The position numbers and the translations under genes are program-made. Positions 26,944 to 32,000 of a DNA stretch of 32,000 nucleotides are shown one piece after another. Source of the DNA: Raphidiopsis brookii D9 (GTDB taxonomy: Bacteria > Cyanobacteriota > Cyanobacteriia > Cyanobacteriales > Nostocaceae); the NCBI GenBank assembly GCA_000175855.1, contig ACYB01000035.1:150001-182000 (forward strand). Reading direction: 5' to 3'. Numbering within the stretch: position 1 is the stretch's first letter; each line of letters begins with the position of its first letter. A model generated the notes under the pieces. The model searched no databases and was not told the origin of the DNA. It saw only the letters and a list, made by a program, of their open reading frames with translations.

Positions 26944-28383
26944 CTAACCCACACTACCTTCCAATTTCAAGCTCAATAACTTATCAGCTTCCACCGCAAA
27001 TTCCATCGGTAACTGGTTAAAAACATCCTTACAGAAACCGCTAATCATCATTGAAACCGCATCTTCAGCAGAAATACCACGTTGGGCAAAAAAGAATAGT
27101 TGGTCTTCACCAATTTTAGAGGTGGAAGCTTCATGCTCTACTTTACCTGTATTATTCTGAACCTGAATGTAGGGAAATGTGTTGGCCTGGGCATTGTCTC
27201 CAATCAACATGGAATCACATTGAGAATAATTCCTAGCACCTTTGGCACTAGGATTAATTTTAACTAAACCTCGGTAGCTATTACTTGATTTGCCTGCGGA
27301 AATACCTTTAGAAATAATTGTGCTACGAGTATTTTTACCAATATGAATCATTTTAGTTCCCGTATCAGCTTGCTGGCGATTATTGGTTAGAGCTACAGAG
27401 TAGAATTCACCTATCGAATTATCACCAACTAAGACACAACTGGGATATTTCCAGGTAATAGCAGACCCTGTTTCTACTTGAGTCCAGGAAATTTTGGAAT
27501 TCACTCCTTGACACAAACCCCTTTTGGTAACGAAATTGTAAATTCCTCCCTTGCCATTTTCATCACCAGCATACCAGTTTTGCACTGTGGAATATTTTAT
27601 CTCAGCATTATCTAAAGCAACTAATTCTACAACAGCAGCATGCAATTGGTTACTATCATACATTGGTGCTGTGCATCCTTCTAAATAAGAAACATAGCTG
27701 CTTTCTTCTGCAACAATTAAAGTTCTTTCAAATTGTCCCGTATCACCGGAGTTAATGCGAAAATAGGTGGATAATTCCATGGGACATTTGACCCCTTTGG
27801 GAATATACACAAATGAACCATCGCTAAAAACAGCGGAGTTTAAAGCAGCAAAATAATTATCACCAATGGGCACCACACTACCAAGATATTTCTTAACTAA
27901 TTCTGGATGCTCCCGCAATGCTTCTGAAATGGAGCAGAAAATCACCCCATCCTCCGCCAGTTTTTCTTTAAATGTTGTGGCCACGGAAACACTATCAAAT
28001 ATTGCATCCACCGCTACATTGGCCAGTCGCTTTTGCTCCGATAGGGAAATACCTAATTTCTCGAAGGTTTCCAGTAAGGTTGGATCAACTTCTTCCAAAC
28101 TATTTAGTTTTGCTTTCTTTTGCTTAGGCGCAGAATAATAAACAATATCTTGGTAATTAATAGGTGTATAGTTAACATGAGCCCAAATTGGTTCCATCAT
28201 CTTTAACCACTGACGGTAGGCACGCAAACGAAATTCCAGCATGAATTCTGGCTCTTGTTTTTTAGCGGAAATTAAGCGGATAACTTCCTCATTTAGCCCA
28301 CGGGGTATGGTGTCGGTTTCAATGTCGGTGACAAAGCCATACTTGTAAGGTTGGTTAACTAGGGTCTTGACGGATGCGCTCAT
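26944..28383 (-). CDS. sufB: Fe-S cluster assembly scaffold SufB
   Basis: 479-aa ORF with highly conserved SufB sequence (…[11 protein letters not shown]…[16 protein letters not shown]-like…). Confidence 0.96.
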   Translation of the reverse strand: MSASVKTLVNQPYKYGFVTDIETDTIPRGLNEEVIRLISAKKQEPEFMLEFRLRAYRQWLKMMEPIWAHVNYTPINYQDIVYYSAPKQKKAKLNSLEEVDPTLLETFEKLGISLSEQKRLANVAVDAIFDSVSVATTFKEKLAEDGVIFCSISEALREHPELVKKYLGSVVPIGDNYFAALNSAVFSDGSFVYIPKGVKCPMELSTYFRINSGDTGQFERTLIVAEESSYVSYLEGCTAPMYDSNQLHAAVVELVALDNAEIKYSTVQNWYAGDENGKGGIYNFVTKRGLCQGVNSKISWTQVETGSAITWKYPSCVLVGDNSIGEFYSVALTNNRQQADTGTKMIHIGKNTRSTIISKGISAGKSSNSYRGLVKINPSAKGARNYSQCDSMLIGDNAQANTFPYIQVQNNTGKVEHEASTSKIGEDQLFFFAQRGISAEDAVSMMISGFCKDVFNQLPMEFAVEADKLLSLKLEGSVG

Positions 28384-28484
28384 CGTTTCTATTGTGTTCT
28401 CTTTAAAGGATAAGCAATGGGTTTAGCGTTTAAGGTGTAACTGACTCAGTCACTAAACTGCTAGAATGGAATCGGCGAGTAAAA

Positions 28485-28498
28485 CAACTAGACTGTTG
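28485..28498. promoter_or_regulatory. SufR operator, CAAC-N6-GTTG palindrome (site 1)
   Basis: aaaCAACtagactGTTGttt lies in the sufB-sufR divergent intergenic region and matches the palindrome type described for Synechocystis SufR. Confidence 0.7.
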
Positions 28499-28529
28499 TT
28501 TAACCCAAATCTATTGTACGATAGATTAA

Positions 28530-28543
28530 CAACAACAATGTTG
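28530..28543. promoter_or_regulatory. SufR operator, CAAC-N6-GTTG palindrome (site 2)
   Basis: ttaaCAACaacaatGTTGttta lies 39 nt upstream of the sufR start. Confidence 0.7.
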
Positions 28544-28581
28544 TTTAAGTCAAATTTTAGAAAAATTTTTTTGGGACTAAA

Positions 28582-29262
28582 ATGGCGACTACCCAGCAGT
28601 CCTCAACTAAGCAGGATATCCTACAGTATCTTTTGAAACACTCTCAAGCCACGGCGGGACAACTATCAGAAATCCTAGAAGTTAGTCCACAGGCTATTCG
28701 TAGGCATTTGAAAGATTTAGAGGCGGATGACATGGTTGTGTATTCCGTACCGGAAAATTCCGGTATGGGTAGACCCCAACACATTTATCATTTGAGTCCA
28801 GGAGGTAAGGAGTATTTACAAAGAAGCGCCACTAAGGTTAGTGGTGGTTATGGGGAGTTTGCAGTTTCGCTATTAGATACTCTAGCGGAAACTGTAGGAA
28901 GGGAACAGGTAAAAACTATTTTACAAAAGCAGTGGGAAAGGAAAGCCCAGGAATATCAGGAAAAGGTTGGCCAGGGTTGTTTAGAAGAAAGGGTAGCTAC
29001 CCTAGTAGAATTAAGAAAGGCCGAAGGTTTTATGGCTGAGTTCCGTCCAGTGGAAGAAAAGGATGATGGTCACGAGGGTAATCATGGTTTTTTATTTATG
29101 GAGCACACCTGCGCCATTTCTAATGTTGCTGAGTCTTTTCCTAGTGTGTGTGGACATGAGCTGGAAATGTTTGCAGCAATATTGCCCGATTGTAGTGTGC
29201 AAAGAACTCACTGGTTAATAGATGGGCAGCATAGGTGTGTGTACTTGATTAAGAAAAACTAG
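28582..29262 (+). CDS. sufR: Iron-sulfur cluster biosynthesis transcriptional repressor SufR
   Basis: 226-aa ORF with an N-terminal DeoR/ArsR-like HTH (QLSEILEVSPQAIRRHLKDLE). I counted the C-terminal Cys motif as C-X12-C-X13-C-X14-C. It is divergent from sufBCDS. Confidence 0.92.
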   Translation: MATTQQSSTKQDILQYLLKHSQATAGQLSEILEVSPQAIRRHLKDLEADDMVVYSVPENSGMGRPQHIYHLSPGGKEYLQRSATKVSGGYGEFAVSLLDTLAETVGREQVKTILQKQWERKAQEYQEKVGQGCLEERVATLVELRKAEGFMAEFRPVEEKDDGHEGNHGFLFMEHTCAISNVAESFPSVCGHELEMFAAILPDCSVQRTHWLIDGQHRCVYLIKKN

Positions 29263-29329
29263 TCACAAGTTGTAATAATATATGGTTTAATGAACTGGTA
29301 GTAATTGTAAACTCATACCTAGAAATTTT

Positions 29330-29590
29330 ATGGAAGTTGTACCTAATCAATCATCAACTGAATTTTTAACCCCTGATGAATCCGCTCAGATTGATGCAGC
29401 TCTGTTATCATCTTCTGAGAAGTTTTTAACCAGACTGACCATTTCTTCCTTGAGGATTTTACAACATATTGCCCAGGAGTATGAGCTACCAATTGAGCAA
29501 TTGACAGCCAAGCAAATTATTAATTGGTTTGAATCAGATGGAAAGATTAGAAGAGAAAAGGGTGTTGAGGAGGCGTTTTTGAAGTGGTAG
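29330..29590 (+). CDS. Hypothetical protein (86 aa)
   Basis: Clean ATG ORF in an otherwise empty interval. I recognise no motif. Confidence 0.45.
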   Translation: MEVVPNQSSTEFLTPDESAQIDAALLSSSEKFLTRLTISSLRILQHIAQEYELPIEQLTAKQIINWFESDGKIRREKGVEEAFLKW

Positions 29591-29745
29591 ACTATACTAC
29601 CAATTATATATGACTAAAAGACGAGTTTTGATTCATGAAGTTTTTGCTATCTTTAGGATTGTAGAAACCTAGGTAAAGGTCAGGTTTGGATAGACCCCCT
29701 TCCATTCCCCTAAATGTGGCTATAACTTCTAAGGTACGAAAACCT

Positions 29746-30231
29746 ATGAAACTAACTAGCAGTTCTTTCGTTGACCATGGTTTAATTCCCATCAAGTATA
29801 CCTGTGATGGTGAAAATATTTCTCCTCCCTTAGTTTGGGATGAGGTTCCTCCGGAAACTGTGAGTTTATCGTTAATTATGGATGACCCAGATGCACCAGG
29901 AAAAACCTTTGTTCATTGGGTTGTTTATGATATTCCCCCAACAATTAACCAACTGTCAGAAAATATAATCAGCAGTCACCATATCCCCGGTGGTGGTATG
30001 CAAGGTAAAAATGATTTTGATATCTTGGGTTATGGCGGTCCTTGTCCACCAAGGGGGATCCACCGTTATTTTTTTCATCTTTACGCATTAGACAAACAGC
30101 TACATTTATCAGCTGGTGTAACTAAAAATGACATTATGGTAGCTATGAGAAATCATGTTTTGGCTAATGCCCAACTTATGGGCAAATATCAGCGTGAAAG
30201 AGCGATCCCTTATGCTTCTAATTATAAATGA
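29746..30231 (+). CDS. YbhB/YbcL-family phosphatidylethanolamine-binding (PEBP) protein
   Basis: MKLTSSSFVDHGLIPIKYTCDGENISPPL…DPDAP…HWVVYDIP…GPCPPRGIHRYFFHLYALD. The internal ATG at 29746 matches the family N-terminus better than the track start at 29686. Confidence 0.88.
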   Translation: MKLTSSSFVDHGLIPIKYTCDGENISPPLVWDEVPPETVSLSLIMDDPDAPGKTFVHWVVYDIPPTINQLSENIISSHHIPGGGMQGKNDFDILGYGGPCPPRGIHRYFFHLYALDKQLHLSAGVTKNDIMVAMRNHVLANAQLMGKYQRERAIPYASNYK

Positions 30232-30237
30232 CAAGGG

Positions 30238-30259
30238 TAGGGAGGATATTTTCTCCCTA
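30238..30259 (+). terminator. Hairpin just after the PEBP gene stop
   Basis: tagggag (30238-30244), loop gatatttt, ctcccta (30253-30259), starting 7 nt after the stop. There is no strong U-tract. Confidence 0.35.
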
Positions 30260-30453
30260 TTAATCCTGATGAAAGGATGTTTTCCAGAATGTTGGGTAAG
30301 GAGGAGAATAGTTTTTCCCCTTGTCTTCAAAATACTACTGGTTTTTTGAGGATTTTGTCAACATGGAAAAGCTCAGATTTCAAAATTCCATATTTTTGTT
30401 TTAATTTACTGACCTTCTACGCTAAACCTTGATGAATAGACTCCCAGAAACTT

Positions 30454-31149
30454 ATGCAATACAAACAAAGGTCTTTTTTTCTTGCTACCCTGATCCTAGG
30501 GGGAATTTTAAGTATTAGTCCTTTGATGACAACTCAGTCTCAAGCAGCAGAATCACTACTAGCACAAGCTGGTAATCGTAAATTACGAGACTTGTTAGAG
30601 CAAGGACGAAGATTAGTAGATTTAGGAGATTACAGCGGCGCTATTGCTGTTTATCAAGATGCAGCCAAGTTAGCGCCTAAAAATGCCAAGATTTATTCTG
30701 GTATTGGTTATTTGTATGCTCAACAAGGCAATTTTTCACAGTCATTATCTGCTTACCGCCAAGCTATTTCCATCAATCCTAACAATAGTGACTTTTACTA
30801 CGCCGTTGGTTATATTAAAGGTAACTTGGGGGATACAGCAGGTGCTAAAGAAGCTTACCGTCGTGCCATCCAGATCAATCGTAACAATTTCAACGCCTAT
30901 TTAGGATTAGGTGTAGTTCAGACCCGTTTAGGGGATTATGAGGCTGCACAGTGGGCTTTTAAACAAGCAAACAAAATAGATGGCAATAACCCACGGGTGT
31001 ACGAGTTAATAGGTGCTATGTTTAAACAGCGTAGACAAATGCAAGAAGCTGGTAATGCTTTAAAACAAGCCCTAAGACTATATCGTACTGGTAGGGATAC
31101 GGACGGAATGATTAGGGTAGAAGAGATGTTAAAAGAAATGGGTGGTTGA
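30454..31149 (+). CDS. Secreted tetratricopeptide (TPR) repeat protein
   Basis: 231-aa ORF with an N-terminal signal-like segment (FFLATLILGGILSISPLMTTQSQA) and several 34-residue repeats (…AIAVYQDAAKLAPKNAKIY…, …SLSAYRQAISINPNNSDFY…, …AKEAYRRAIQINRNNFNAY…). Confidence 0.88.
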   Translation: MQYKQRSFFLATLILGGILSISPLMTTQSQAAESLLAQAGNRKLRDLLEQGRRLVDLGDYSGAIAVYQDAAKLAPKNAKIYSGIGYLYAQQGNFSQSLSAYRQAISINPNNSDFYYAVGYIKGNLGDTAGAKEAYRRAIQINRNNFNAYLGLGVVQTRLGDYEAAQWAFKQANKIDGNNPRVYELIGAMFKQRRQMQEAGNALKQALRLYRTGRDTDGMIRVEEMLKEMGG

Positions 31150-31205
31150 CGCTCCCATCGCTAAAAGTGGGGGATTCCCTCTGAGGTAAATTGATTTCAT
31201 GCTTT

Positions 31206-31418
31206 CTAACCTTCATCGTAAGGTTCTAAGTCTAATAAATAAACGTATGGTTCTACCAACTCTGGACGCTGAAAGGCGATCGCCCGCAGTAAATGCCAGT
31301 CATTTAACCCATCAAAAGCATTGCTATAATTATCTAGTTCTAGACGAGCAGCCAAATCTTTGACTTCTGTTGGTGTCATAGCGGCGATTTCTTTCTTAGA
31401 AATGCTTGTAGTTGTCAT
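31206..31418 (-). CDS. Hypothetical small protein (70 aa)
   Basis: ATG ORF containing an in-frame HIP1 site, convergent with the TPR gene. I cannot place it in a family. Confidence 0.5.
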   Translation of the reverse strand: MTTTSISKKEIAAMTPTEVKDLAARLELDNYSNAFDGLNDWHLLRAIAFQRPELVEPYVYLLDLEPYDEG

Positions 31419-31691
31419 AATGCTTGCCCCTTTATTTTATAGCGCTAGCGTTTAGCTAGGAGTAGAGTTGTGTGTGAGATTTGACAATCTCCGTGCCTTC
31501 AGGTGCGGAGATTATTAAGACATAGCTGTTTTAATATCCTGATCACCCAACAAATTCTACCTGACATAATATATCCTACTCGAGGTTTAAGCAAGATTTG
31601 TAAATATTTATCCAAATTCTAAATTAGAAAAACTGATGGTTTTTATGTTATGATAGGAAATATATTATTTTTATTGGTTGTGTTTTTCTCA

Positions 31692-31765
31692 CGGGATGTA
31701 GCGCAGCTTGGTAGCGCACTTCGTTCGGGACGAAGGGGCCGCTGGTTCGAATCCAGTCATCCCGA
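31692..31765 (+). tRNA. tRNA-Pro (anticodon CGG)
   Basis: Manual cloverleaf: acceptor CGGGATG/CATCCCG with discriminator A and the C1:G72 pair typical of bacterial tRNA-Pro. D stem is GCGC/GCGC. Anticodon stem is CTTCG/CGAAG with loop TTCGGGA (C34 G35 G36, G37). T arm is GCTGG-TTCGAAT-CCAGT. Length is 74 nt and CCA is not encoded. Confidence 0.93.
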
Positions 31766-32000
31766 TTGTAAACTGTGACTTGCCAAATCATTTAACCGCG
31801 TTGACAAACTACCTAGTCATCATCAGACTTATCGTACTGTTCAAAAATAAATCATATATTTATCCTTATGATACCTAAACCTTGAGAAAAAACTGTTCAA
31901 AGTCGCATTCTCTCCTATACCCAAGTGTACGGTGCTTACCTTTGTCAGCACGTTTAAACATAGAATTAAAGCAGATATTTTTTTGATGAAGATTTGACAA

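Noticed and set aside
26352-28138. + strand ORFs inside sufC and sufB (26352-26582, 26778-27020, 27866-28138)
   Set aside because: They are antisense to two of the most conserved proteins in the window.
31766-32000. Integrated element or att site downstream of tRNA-Pro
   Set aside because: There is no repeat of the tRNA 3' end, no integrase and no coding potential in the 235 nt that remain in the window. This cannot be assessed further.

Overview
Chromosomal segment of a low-GC filamentous cyanobacterium. Gene content looks Nostocales-like, and there are at least 10 exact HIP1 octamers (GCGATCGC). Conserved blocks are trpB, ndhC-ndhK-ndhJ, rubA-ycf48, a C-P lyase (phn) operon with divergent phnF, sufBCDS with divergent sufR and recognisable SufR operators, and tRNA-Pro(CGG). 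The largest gene in the window is absent from the supplied ORF track. It is a minus-strand SF1 helicase with a DUF4011-type N-terminus, 1233 codons visible, running off the left edge. The 8.6-21.6 kb region is accessory and decaying. It holds an orphan C5 DNA methyltransferase where psbEFLJ normally follows ycf48, and an inactivated three-gene sigma-like/DUF1822/CHAT module. It also holds an antitoxin-like gene with a truncated partner, an AT-rich pentapeptide-repeat gene, and an orphan ~280-nt 23S rRNA fragment between a gene remnant and phnM. The phn operon has non-canonical order (phnH-GNAT-phnM relic-phnGIJKLM) and a frameshifted phnM. I saw no CRISPR array, transposase or integrase. Family assignments come from reading motifs in the translations, not from database searches.
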